Source: Marsupella aquatica (Eukaryota > Plantae > Marchantiophyta). Taken from it: DNA of 64,000 bases. Within the stretch, counting starts at the first letter, position 1, and each line of letters begins with the position of its first letter. A program made the position numbers and the translations under genes. Positions 1 to 11,450 of the stretch are shown here, piece after piece. Location of the stretch: NCBI GenBank assembly GCA_973895155.1, contig OZ316891.1, forward strand, positions 11,037,875 to 11,101,874, in the 5' to 3' direction. The notes under the pieces are model-generated. The model saw only the letters and a list, made by a program, of their open reading frames with translations, was not told where the DNA came from and ran no database searches.

Positions 1-2414
1 TGCTTGGAGGATTCAGATGCACCCTCTTGAGCCCGGGTGTTCACAATTTCAGCCCTCAACTCTTCTTTTGAAGGGCTTTGCCCCAATTGGGCTTTCTGCA
101 CATGCATGGCAAACACAAGTTATCGATCAATATTCAGGGAACGTACACTAAAAAACAAAGTTTACATGTATGGGTTTACACTAAAAAATAGTACATAGTG
201 TAGCATAAATTACATAGCTAGGCCATTCATTCTTACCAAACGTTTAGCTGTCGGTGCAGTGCCGGTCCTTCCTGTCAGATTAGGGTTCTGAACACTCAAC
301 CTGGCCTCGGTCATCTGTGAACTCTTCTTTTTTGAAGCATCTGTTACAAAATAAGCTACTAACCTTGCCCACACTTTATCATCACAACTGGCTGGTGGAG
401 GCATATCTGGCTTCTCCCCACCTTCCTTCCAAGCCTTATGCATTCTCCACCTCTCTTGCTTGATAATTTTACCTGCTGTACTCTCTAGGCAACCTATGTC
501 CACGCCATCATCACTGCCCACATAATTCCATTTGGCAGCAATATTTTCACATACAGTCTTCCAATCTTTTGGATGCTGTTTTTTAAAATTAATAGCACTC
601 ACATCTAACCAACGCAATACTTCAGCTTTCAAATCAGCATGCCATCGGTTCTTGCGAGGACACTCAGCATCCACCCATTGTCTCTCATTCAACTTTATGT
701 TCCCTTTCTTTGTCACCTCCCCTCGTGCACTGCTCTCGGTAGTACTGGGCGTTGTATTGGCCACCCCTTCATTCACCCTACCTGGGGTTCTGAAGCCACC
801 TGGGAAAATACAATGCCATTCATGCTTGAGAACTACATATAGCAGAATGGATGACGGCAACATTCAATGCTTCACTTCAAGAAAAATTCTTCAAACATAC
901 ATACCTGTAGCTCTGCCTGTAGATGCCTGTGCAGGGACTGCACTCTGAAATTGTTGCGACCCTGGACCACCTGTCCAGCCTAGTACATGGGCCGGATGAT
1001 GTCACTTTCTAGGTATGTGTGTGCAAACATATGTACTGAAAACTAAGTACAAACTGTAGGAAAACAACTGAACATTCACCGACATACCTGTCCCCCTTCC
1101 GTGCTGCATCTGCATAGGGGCATTAGTGAATACTTGAGTCGATGGTTCGACTGTCCAACCTGCACACATACATTTTCTATCATTATACATGTGCAGAGTC
1201 CCCCCCCCCCACGTGAATGGACTCCACATATAATGAGTTCTTCCATTGCTGACAAGATCAGACATTACCTGCTCCTCTTCCAGCGTTTGTAGGTACTGAA
1301 TTTTGATATCCCTGCCAATTACCTTCACCACCTTCCCAACCTTGTTCATTCCACGACCCACCACCATCCTCCCAACCTGGTTCAACCCATGTCTGTCCTT
1401 GTGGACATTGGAACTGATCATTACTAGCATTTGCCCAATCAGGTTGGGCAGAATCTGCATGCAATGGCAGGTGGACAGAATTTCATGTTGTCTGAATCCA
1501 ATACATCCCAAACAATGTCAAAAATTGATATGCAGTCTGAAATTCAGGAGTGCCATGCCTTCACAAAGAACTGGCATATAGATATATACTCACATCCCCA
1601 TGGTTGAGGTGGACGTCCATACCCACGAGATTGTGGGTTTGGACCTGCTCTGCCTCTACCACGGGCATAACCTAGAGCTTGCCCCCTGCCATAGTATTGG
1701 GCACCAGCCTGGGATCTACCACTACTACCACCTCGCCAACCTTGATCAGAGGTCAGCCCCCCTGCTGGTATGGTGCATGCACAGGCTTCGAAGGCAAAAC
1801 AGAACTGGCAGGACGCTGCATCACATCACCAACTACAATGTCAAGAACTAAGCAAGGTACATATGTGTAGTACTGAACATATGAAACCTCTAAACAAGAG
1901 TTTTTAACTCAAAACCTTGTTGGGAAAACTACTTACATGTTTCTTTTGGGGCTGCTCTGCAATGTATTCATCTTCATAACCCCCATCCTCATCCATTTCC
2001 TCTGGAAAATACTCATCATCTGCATCTTCTTGTCTAGTGTCTGCACCCACTTGTGCAGCATCAATGTCATCTCCACATTCTGCCATTGTAGGCACGACCT
2101 TCTTGCTCAACCTGTCACTCCGACGCACAGGCCCAGAGATAGTGCTGGTCACCCTTCTTGCGTACTCCTTTTGTTTCTTTGAAAATGCTGTGGCTCTGCG
2201 ACATTCCAATATGAGAATACAGTCACAATTTCAGTGCCACATTGAACTATTCATGTCACACAAACTCAGCGAAGGGGTGTAGTTGAGAATCGTTCCCTTA
2301 CAATTCAGCCACATCCTTTTCCAGATCTAGTTCTGCGATTTTGGCTTTCACGTATGCTCGTTGTTCCATAGCTTTCCTTTCATACTCACACATCTCTGTG
2401 TCACTCTGTTCCAT
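1..2414 (-). CDS. CACTA TnpA-like (Ptta/En/Spm, Transposase_24-like) multi-exon gene, continues off the left edge
   Basis: ORF 210..863 contains WARLVAYFVTDASKKKSSQMTEARLSVQNPNLTGRTG, typical of the Ptta/En/Spm domain. Upstream exon-like ORFs (2298-2414 MEQSDTEMCEYERKAMEQR, 1904-2209 with acidic tract, 1258-1464) have GT/AG-like boundaries. It lies directly downstream of TnpD. Exon structure is approximate. Confidence 0.65.
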
Positions 2415-2570
2415 CCTACTGGACCACAAAAACATGTCATCTATGGTCACCCCGTATAACACAATGCAACCACAATCACCAGGCATCCATCCATGCATCT
2501 GTGTTGCTTCAGAATTACTTTATTACACATCCTTCCCCTCACTAATGTCCATGCAAACAATTCACATTAC

Positions 2571-5500
2571 TCATGGCACAGGCACACTGTTGGCATCTGC
2601 ATCTCTGAATTCGCCTCCTTCAGCAAATGCATCTACCCTTGTCACAGGAATGAAGTCCCCGCTATCATGAACTACAAGCACTTGGTCTGAACGCCGACGA
2701 TCAAAGGCACTATGAGAGTGTAAATGAAACTCAAGGTTTGATCCTTCCATCTGACGTTGCCTGGCCTGTTTATGACACACTACACGCCAACCTGGGGAGT
2801 CTTCCACATCCAGGAAGAAAGCTTGCTCCACCTGACTAGGAAACACAAATGGCTCAGACCATTCGGGCAATTTCCCTCTGAAATTGGCCAGCAAGAAACC
2901 GTCGTTGTCTCTCTTCATGGTAGCCCTGTTACCAAGCCAATCCTACCGCACCCATGAACCTTTCATAAGAATCACAGGACTGGACACTGCCCCATAGTCC
3001 AGAGCCCATATGTCAACTAATTCTCCCACATATCCCATCTCCATCCAGGCCCTGTCGTGATTGTGGCTCTGTTGCTCAAATACAGTGATGAGCCCGCAGT
3101 CATTCGTCACCCTGTAGGCACTGTCACCATCCTTCACTCGGAAGTGATTCCCATATGCTCTCATCCGTTTGTAAGTCTTCACTTTCAGGCTAGGGGCATT
3201 AGACAGTAGGTAAACATCTGCATCCATGTCTGGGTGGGTCTCGTGATGCTCTCTAATTGCCACTCTGATCCACTCCATGAAACCTGGAAAAGTTGTTCCT
3301 GCAGTGGGATGGGCCGCCTTCAATGACTCATACTCCCTGAACGAACAACCACACAGCATTAGCTTGGGTAAACATGAATAGGCTGAAGGAGAAAACCACA
3401 CGAACACAACATGTAAGCTCATGAACTGGATTATAGCACATGTATGCACTCACTGTATCCAGGGTTCCATCACCACAGTGTTGTGCAATACAAAGTCATG
3501 TGCCAAGTCTCTCATAGATATGGTCAGGTTCTTTGTGGTTGCAGCCCCTTCCAGTACTTCACCTATCACCCCTTCCTCCTCATCAGAATTCCACACCCTA
3601 GTCTTCACATGCTCATATTGTGCTATGTATTCGGTCAGAAATCCCAGAGTCTCATCCTTGATGTAACCTTTAGCCATGCTTGCTTCAGGTTTGTAATATG
3701 TTCTCACGTGACCTTTGAGTAGCTTCATGTACCGTTCCAAAGGGTACAACCAACGAGCACTCACAGGCCCAAATTGGTGTAGCTCTTCCACAACATGGAC
3801 AAGTAGGTGGGTCATGACATCAAAAAATGCGGGAGGAAAATAAATCTCCAGGTCACACAGCACCTGAGCGACATCTTCTGTCAGTTGTGGGAAGTGTGTT
3901 TCATCCCAAACCTTCACACAAATACGACGAAACACATCACTGAGTCGCATGATCACAGTACGAACAGGCTTCTGCAACAGGCCCCTCAGGCATAAAGGCA
4001 ACACCTGTTGCATCAACATATGGTAGTCATGGCTTTTCATACTACCAAGCTTTCTAGTCATGATATGCTTCTTGAAAGCACTGCCATAGTTTGAAGGAAC
4101 CTTCAAAGAACTCAACCTCTGCACAAATAGTTCCCACTCTGTGTCTGTCAGAACATAGGGCGCTTGGTACTTCAAGAGCACATCAGCTCTGTGGGCATGT
4201 GGCCTCAACCAAAGATGGGGTTTCATTCCCCTCTGTTCAAGATCCAATCTCACTGAACCAGTGTCTTTCTCTCCACACAAGAATCTGAGTAGACTCTCAC
4301 AAATATTCTTTTCAATGTGCATAACATCAATGTTATGTTTGCTTGGCTCAAACTCCTGCATCGTTGCAATGCAAAAGCGTCAGGAAATGCCTCAAGTTTA
4401 GTCTCTCTCTTCGAAATGAATGCACATGCTCTGAACCAAAACATGTATCCCAATTAGCATCAACTCCAAGAGGCTTACCCTCCAGTACTTGAGCTCCAAG
4501 TCCAATATGCTCAGTCTTTTTACACCATATCGCTTTATTGGATCACTCACTCCATCTTCCCTGCCCCCTCGTTTGATATAGTCATCCCTCAGTGCTCCCC
4601 ACTGCCTGATCTCCTCTTTGGTCACTTGTGCCGGGGGTCCACATTGCTCAATCTCATTGCCAAAGTGTGCAATCAGTGCTTGTCTTTCTCTGTAAGGGTG
4701 ATCTGCCTTCAGAAAACGATGATGGCCCATGTATATCACTTTCTGCAGGGCTCTGGAGTACTCACTGGTGACATTGCGCCCACAGATAGTACAAGCACAA
4801 TATCCTTTTGTTGTTTGGCCTGATATCATCCCATGGCTGGGTAGTCAGCTATAGTCAGAATGACAATGGCTCTAAGGATGAATGGGTTTAACCTCCCAAG
4901 CCTCTGTAGGACATCATATGTGAGAACTCCTTCCTCCCAAAGCTTTCTCAATTCCTCCACTAGGGGAGCCAGAAACACATCTATGTTGGCAGATACAGCA
5001 CTGTCTGGCCCTGGTATCAGTAGGACCATCAGAACAAAAAATCGCTTTGTAGTCATCCAAGGAGGAAGGTTATAATTCAAAATAGTTATAGGCCAGCACG
5101 AAAATTTGTTGTTCTTGTCTCCAAATGGGTTTACCCCATCCAATGACAGCCCAAGTCTGACATTCCTCGGCTCAGCAGCAAATTCAGGATACATCTCATC
5201 TATGAGTTTCCATTGCCTTGAATCTGCAGCATGTCGTTGTAGCCCATCATCACTTTTCTTGTCAGTTGCCCAAGTCATCATCTCCGAGATGGCACGGCTT
5301 CTGAACATCCGCTGAAGTCTGGGAATGAGTGGAAAATGACGAAGTACCTTGGCGGGAACCATAGACTTTCCTGAGTTCCGATACCTGTGCTTCCCACACT
5401 TAGGGCATGTCAACGATTCTTTATACTCCTTTCTGAAAAGAACATGCCCATCAGGACAGGCATGGATCGAATCATAGTTCAATCCAAGATTAGATATGCA

Positions 5501-6469
5501 TCTTTTTGCCTCGTACATGTTCTTGGGCAAAATATTACCATTTGGTAGCACAGTTGTTCGCAAGAATGCCAACAACTCAGAAACCAAAACGTTGGGGACA
5601 TTGTGGTTGCCGCAAATGTTCAGGAACATGATGACAAATCCCAGTTTAGAACATTTGCTACCGGGGTACAAAGACTTCCTGCCTTCCTGTATTTGCAGGG
5701 GAGAGCCAAACATCCCATCATGCCCAGGGGTTTCCTGCCCTATCTCAAACTCATCAAGAGGCTCTTCGACAGGGGGCACACTTGCAGCTGCAGCCGTATC
5801 CTCTTCATTGTCCAGCCCATCATGAAATGCATCCAAGTCTTGGAAGATGTCTCTCACCATCTCTTCCACATGAATTCCTTCGTCAAGTGGTGCTGCCTGA
5901 GCACCATCCCGTTGGAGAGCTGACAACCCACAGAGACCAGCTACAACATTTTCAAATGCACCAGGCAGAACCTCACTTGCCCGTCTTGCAGCATTGGCAG
6001 CATCAAATTCTAACCTCCACTCCTCATCGGAAGAATCTTCCTCTGCAGGATCATTCCAAACTCGATGTCGTGGATCTCTTCCATGAACCGCGATATGCCG
6101 CCAAACCTCATTCAGACCCCTGGTACGGGATCCTTGGCAGATTGCACAAGGACATCTCATCCTACTGGCTCCTGAAAGTCTGGTTCGTAACCTTTCACGC
6201 TGCCAAAGCTTATTATCATGGCGTGATATCCTGTGGGATGATGCAAAGGCAGTGCCTGTGCCCTGGGCTGGGTCTGGGGAGGGTGGTGACCAGGGTGCAT
6301 TGTAACAGGCTGGGAGCTCTGCAGTCATGGACAGCAGTGAACAAGGATGCCTAATGGTGGTATTTGTGTTCCATATATCCCTGACTGTATCTGCCAAAAG
6401 AGTTAACATAACGTGTACTAAATTCTCACAAACCCTAAACCACCCCAAAAGAAAAAAACAGGTTCGCAA
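2571..6469 (-). pseudogene. CACTA TnpD/Tnp2 transposase (Transposase_21 + DUF4218 + DUF4216), disrupted
   Basis: Motifs IHACPDGHVLF, CPKCGKHRY, PRNVRLGLSLDGVNPF, YNLPPW, IDVFLAPLVEEL, DYPA, IDVMHIEKNI, MKSHDYH, FFDVMTHLLVH, WLYPLERYM, EPFVFPSQVEQAFF. Introns at ~4356-4479 and ~3338-3452; frameshift at ~4829; in-frame stop at 2943-2945. Confidence 0.95.
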
Positions 6470-6733
6470 GTAGTGTACCTATTGTCAAGTGAATGACACA
6501 AAATTCCTAAATGTTGGAGGGTGTCACCACCTCCTCCGCTGTCCTCAAATGTACCGCCTCTGCATGTACGTTTACAGTGACACCCCCAGGCAACAGGAAA
6601 TAACAATCCGCCAACAGTAAAATAAGCCCAACTGCCACCAACCATAACAAGGTACATTAGTTCAAAGATCACATTTATTTCAATGATCTGATTTATACAA
6701 AAAAACTTGTGTCCAAACTGATGCTACTACTCC

Positions 6734-7606
6734 TCACTCTGATTCAGAATCGCTAATGACCCATTCCTCACTTGTTGTCTCATAGTCCTCTCTGTAAGGA
6801 TCCTGACCCTTCCGTGGCCAGGCCTCAAAAAGATCATAGTCCATTGGGTTTTGACGCTTCCCAGCTGCTACTGATTCCACAAGCCAAGCATATGAAACCA
6901 CAAACACATTATGGGACATGACATAAAAGCGAATGTCTCCCTTCCCAAACTTGCGGCAGGCTTTGGGATATGACTTAGTAATGACATGAGTGGTGTCCTC
7001 TGTTATATTCTCCTCCACTGTCCCACCTAGGTCAAGCACTGTGGACTTGTACACTTTGCACTTAACCTCTCCAATTCCCGCCTCCACAAATACCATGCTC
7101 AGCCCTTTCAGAATGGGGGTTGGTTGCTTCGTCTCCTCAGCCAACATACTCTTTAGCCTTGTAGAGCTCTGTCCTTTGTTGAGTACAGGTCCATATTGGA
7201 GATCAGCAAGCCGTGCCTTTGCTTCCCAGACTTCTTGTTCAGCCCAAGCTGATGCAGTAGCTTCTTCATCCTCCCACAACTCATATTGCTCAGTATCCTG
7301 TACAATCTTATGTGCTATGGAATCTATGATCCAAGAGGCCTCAACTACTTTTAGGCCTTGCTTAGTAATTGCAGAATTCATGTAGGACCATGACCACTTC
7401 TTTATCACTGATAGCCATGTCCCTGCAACAACATGTGTAGTCTCTGGAGTGATGTCCTAAACTACAGTGCCATGGAGCTCAGAGAATCGTTTCTGTACAG
7501 TTGGCCAATGCACTTTGGTCAACCCATGCTGGCCATGGACCAAAATCGCTCTGACCCCTGTAAACACTGCTGGGTGGTCACACTTTCTACGTTTACCAGG
7601 CTCCAT
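6734..7606 (-). pseudogene. Tandem BRCT-domain protein (~290 codons) with one in-frame stop
   Basis: ATG at 7606 reads MEPGKRRKCDHPAVFTGVRAIL..LHGTVV*(TAG 7457-7459)DITPETTHVV..KVVEASWIIDSI..YEL. A second repeat reads ILKGLSMVF..LGGTVEENITEDTTHVI..VVSYAWLVESVAAGKRQNPMDYDL. Both carry the BRCT GG/THxx/W-x-x-x-S signature. Confidence 0.85.
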
Positions 7607-8198
7607 GTACACACACCCTACGTGATGACAGTGAATTTTGGAAGAATGGGTTCACCTCACAATACAAGGACAACAAAATTCCTACTTTTTGAGTTGATCT
7701 GGCCCACTGGTGCTCAGGTCCGATTTTGATAGGTACAAGGGATATGTGAACAATACGTACTAGGCACCTGCACGGATGCAGGACATTGTTTGAATATATA
7801 CTACAAAATCCATATCCGTGGTGAAATGAAGTGCAACCAACTTGTCATGACACATACATATTTTGTTGTAAAGGAGGATACATTCAATGACAAACTTATA
7901 GGGCAATTTGATTAATTGCATGCCTGATAATTTATACGCTTACAACTTAGAAGTCCTGTTTTAATTTAGCAGTCTGATGAAAGTGTTTATGAAAATGACC
8001 ACTCAGCCTAAATACTTCCAAGAAGGCTTGTAAGGATAAGTTTGTATAGGCATGTACCCAGCCACTGACGCCAGAGCACAAGATAAGTGCTGCCTATATA
8101 AACTCGCCTACCCAACTCCTTTTCAAAATTGGAATCTCTGCAATCTCAAAAAATAGTACATCCACATCAGGTGCACTGTGCATGTACAATGTTCAGCT

Positions 8199-8879
8199 TC
8201 ACAGCCAAGATATGTGATCTCTCACAGGAGTGCGCGAGGTAGGATCAATGGCATGGCGATGACAATAAAATATCCATCGATCAACACCATGTGCAGAGTG
8301 ATCATAGATTTCTCTATCACAAGCATAACCCTCTGCTTGATGATCTTTCAGGCAATGATAGTGCCACATAGTGGGACACCTAGCACAGTGGACTATGTCA
8401 GTCCAGTAGTCATCATCATGCTCACCACATGCCTTGCACCTATGAAGTGGGCAAGCTGTGGCATGAGCAGGCAAACACTCAAAACAGAAAAATCTCACAC
8501 AAAAACGGTCTGGACATTTCCTAACATTTGCTGCAGCATCAACAGAGCCCTCATAGGACCCCAACTTCCCACACTGTGCACACTTAGCCTGCTTCTCCAA
8601 ACAATCAGTGCACATCCAGTCTCCCTGGTGTGTTGACGGGAGGCCCACCCCTGGACAGTTGTTTTCTACAGCAAGGTCAGACTCCGGGCTGAGGTGGAAA
8701 TGCCTCATGCAAGGGCCCTCACAAATGACCAGGCCCCCACCATCGTCACAAATGGCACAACAATGAGCTGCCTTCTGGAAAATCTGACTTGCAGAGAAGT
8801 TAGTAGCATCTGCCCCAAGTACACCTGTGTTTCTCACCTCTGTCACACGCTTTTTGGCTTGAATTTTAGGCCGTGCCAT
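8199..8879 (-). CDS. Stand-alone EDM2/NSD-type composite PHD-finger protein (226 aa)
   Basis: Intact ATG-to-stop, intronless ORF: CAICDDGGGLVICEGPCMRHFH..CTDC..CAQCGKLGS..CPLHRCKAC..CARCPTMWHYHCL..IFYCHRHAID..TPVRDHI. The order and the C-terminal TPVRDH motif match the PHD cluster of plant EDM2 as I recall it. Confidence 0.85.
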   Translation of the reverse strand: MARPKIQAKKRVTEVRNTGVLGADATNFSASQIFQKAAHCCAICDDGGGLVICEGPCMRHFHLSPESDLAVENNCPGVGLPSTHQGDWMCTDCLEKQAKCAQCGKLGSYEGSVDAAANVRKCPDRFCVRFFCFECLPAHATACPLHRCKACGEHDDDYWTDIVHCARCPTMWHYHCLKDHQAEGYACDREIYDHSAHGVDRWIFYCHRHAIDPTSRTPVRDHISWL

Positions 8880-8890
8880 GCCTGCGCATG

Positions 8891-9034
8891 AGATAGACTC
8901 TACAATTTAGCAGACTACACAGAAAGTAAAATATATTTAGCATTTAAGGTACAAAGGCATTTAGATAGACTCTACAATTTAGCAGACTGCACAGAAAGTA
9001 AAATATATTTAGCATTTAAGGTACAAAGGCATTT
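8891..9034. repeat. 72-bp direct tandem duplication (2 copies)
   Basis: agatagactctacaatttagcagact(a/g)cacagaaagtaaaatatatttagcatttaaggtacaaaggcattt occurs twice, just upstream of the PHD ORF start. Confidence 0.9.
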
Positions 9035-9649
9035 GCTACTGCAATGAATTGGAATGGCCACACAAGGATGCAGAGCACACATACTTTTGGTATGTTGAGC
9101 CCACACACAAAACTGATCCCCTAATACAATTTCTCCACCAACACCTCAATTTTAATTGTGGCTATGATTCACCAAAGGAGATCTGCAACAACATTTCATG
9201 CATTTGAATCACATACAATAGTCGTGACATGTAAAACAGGCATTCTTCGAAGAGGATTGGTATGAAGCAGTGTCATAAGGGTTGAAATTTATACATCCTA
9301 AATAGGTTATGATAGTGGCTGAGACAAATAAGTGAGGCATAAATCATTTTGCATATTATCACATGGCCCATTAATTCATTCAACGTTGCAATGTTCACCA
9401 GGTTAAAGCAGTCATGAAAGCAGTCTTTCAATAGAGACTTTTATGCGAGTTTGCTAGCCTCTTAAATTAGGATATTTTGCTTAGTGCAGGCATAATAGGA
9501 TATAAGTTATGTACTGTTGACCCTAAACCCTGGACCCAAAATTGCTCATACATCAAAATTTTAAGTAAATATCCTCTGTGTTGAAGTTAGAGTGTTAAGC
9601 TATAGGTCAATGGTATCTGGTCTGTGCATGCGGTGTGACAAGTGGTCCT

Positions 9650-10099
9650 CTAGAGCATGTGATCCAAACATGTGTAGACACCAAAGTCACCGGTGGTGGG
9701 GTCTGGGAGGGCAGGACAAGTGACATCACCAGGCACACTACAGGATGGCGAGTGGTTCCAGATGATACATTGTGCTCTATGCAAAAATCGGCATCCAAGA
9801 GAACGGTCATCCAATTCTGGGCCAGAAGCCCTATAGGCAGGACAGTCATATTGGCAACTGTGTACACACCCTTGGCACCTAATTTGTGGCGGGTCATGTA
9901 CAAGAGACACAAATACCAAGGATGTCGGGAAGGGTACTGAAGCAGGTAGAGGCCGGCTGTAGTTGTTCCTGGAAACAACAAGGTACTCAAAGTACCATGC
10001 AGACTGGGCTGGAAGGATCCCAAGTCTGACATACTCAAGGCGCAACATCTCTGCCTTGCGTGCAAGTCGCACATGTTCAGCGTTGCGGGTCCTCACCAT
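9650..10099 (-). CDS. Small Cys/His-rich protein, possible extended-PHD-like zinc finger (149 aa)
   Basis: ATG-initiated ORF with a basic N-terminus and CQGC..C..C..CRFLHRAQC..YTCLDH spacing; co-oriented with the PHD and BRCT ORFs. Confidence 0.45.
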   Translation of the reverse strand: MVRTRNAEHVRLARKAEMLRLEYVRLGILPAQSAWYFEYLVVSRNNYSRPLPASVPFPTSLVFVSLVHDPPQIRCQGCVHSCQYDCPAYRASGPELDDRSLGCRFLHRAQCIIWNHSPSCSVPGDVTCPALPDPTTGDFGVYTCLDHML

Positions 10100-11107
10100 A
10101 AGTGTTGCTTTCGTTGTGATGTCCTCTGTTCACGTCCTTTGATGAGCAAGGTGAGCAGGAGGTCGACTTGCCTCGCCAACAGCAACCACCTAAACTAATC
10201 AGTTCCCACTCATTGTCTTGGTTCCAACTACAGGTCATAGTATACACATAGCATGAAACGTGCATAGTACATATTTGATTCTGAGTTTATGAGTTTCCTA
10301 AGACAAAGAGCTTGGTGATAAACCCATATTCTCGACGGACATGTATATCAATCATATTAAACTCCTGTTTTTTCATCCAGAAAGACCGAAAGTCTCACCT
10401 TGCAGGTTGCAGTAGAGAGAAAATTCACTGGTTGTCGTGTTGTGCAAGTGAACCTCCACTGATGCCCCGGTGTAGCCCCTCAGATGCAGGTGACACTTAC
10501 CAACTCCCAAGTTGCCTGGTCTAACAAAAAATGCTTATATCTTCAGAACTTTATAGAGCAAGTACATGATCACATACTTCTGGATCTATTCATATTTGGA
10601 ACTCTTGCCAACTACAACTCCCATTATGCACAAGCTCACATCAACAGAGAAAGATACAGAATGCATACTTACTATGGCTCTAAGCACCTTCACTACCTTG
10701 TTGAACCCAGTCCTGAAGTCTTTTCAGCGTGTTTGTTGTGCTGTCTCCTTTGGCACCCAACACCTTAGTCCTTGATGTAACAGAATGCAATTTTACAAGT
10801 TAGATGCTTTGGAACCTTCTATGGTCTTAGCTGAATTGATGTCATCGTAAGTGGTGAAAGACAAGGAAGACGAAAGCTGGTTGAAGAGCTGTGGACAACA
10901 CACTAGCATGAAGTGCTTCAACCAATCCACTGCCAAACGGAACTCTTACATAGTCACATTCTTTTAGTAAACAAAAACTCAGTCAAACTTCAGAATCAAA
11001 GTACAGACTCTGAAGGACCAAAGGAGGATGTTGTGAGTTTCTCTGTTGTTTAATGTGTTACCCTTCTAGTTTCGAAGTTAGCAAATGCTGAATAATGTGT
11101 CTACCAG

Positions 11108-11450
11108 ATCTTCGAAAAGAAGCCCACCACAATTAAGAACTTCGGTATCTGGGTCCACGTATCAGAGTCGTACAGGTTATCACAACATGTACAAGGAATA
11201 TTGTGATACCACAAGAAACAGAGCTGCAGAGCAGATGTATGATGAGATGGCTTCTTGTCATAGAGTTCAGTTCCCTTGCATCCAGATCATGAAGACTACG
11301 ACAGTCCCTATCTCTCTGTGCAAGCGAGAAAGTACCAAGCAGTTCCATGATTCAAAGATCAAGTTCCCCTTGACGTACTGCAAGATTCAACCTCCATTGC
11401 GAAAGCTAAAGACGACTTACAAGGCCACCAAGTCCAACACAATTGTTTGA
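11108..11450 (+). pseudogene. RPL18A: 60S ribosomal protein L18a (eL20) C-terminal exon fragment
   Basis: [15 protein letters not shown](frameshift)[52 protein letters not shown]. Preceded by T-rich intron-like sequence ending CAG (11105-11107). The N-terminal exons are absent. Confidence 0.9.

Noticed and set aside
6571-6579. CACTGTAAA (minus strand) as the CACTA 5' TIR; likewise CACTAAGCAAAA at 9475-9486
   Set aside because: These are short matches with no visible subterminal repeat arrays, and the partner end is outside the window. They cannot be confirmed, though either would change which cargo lies inside the CACTA.
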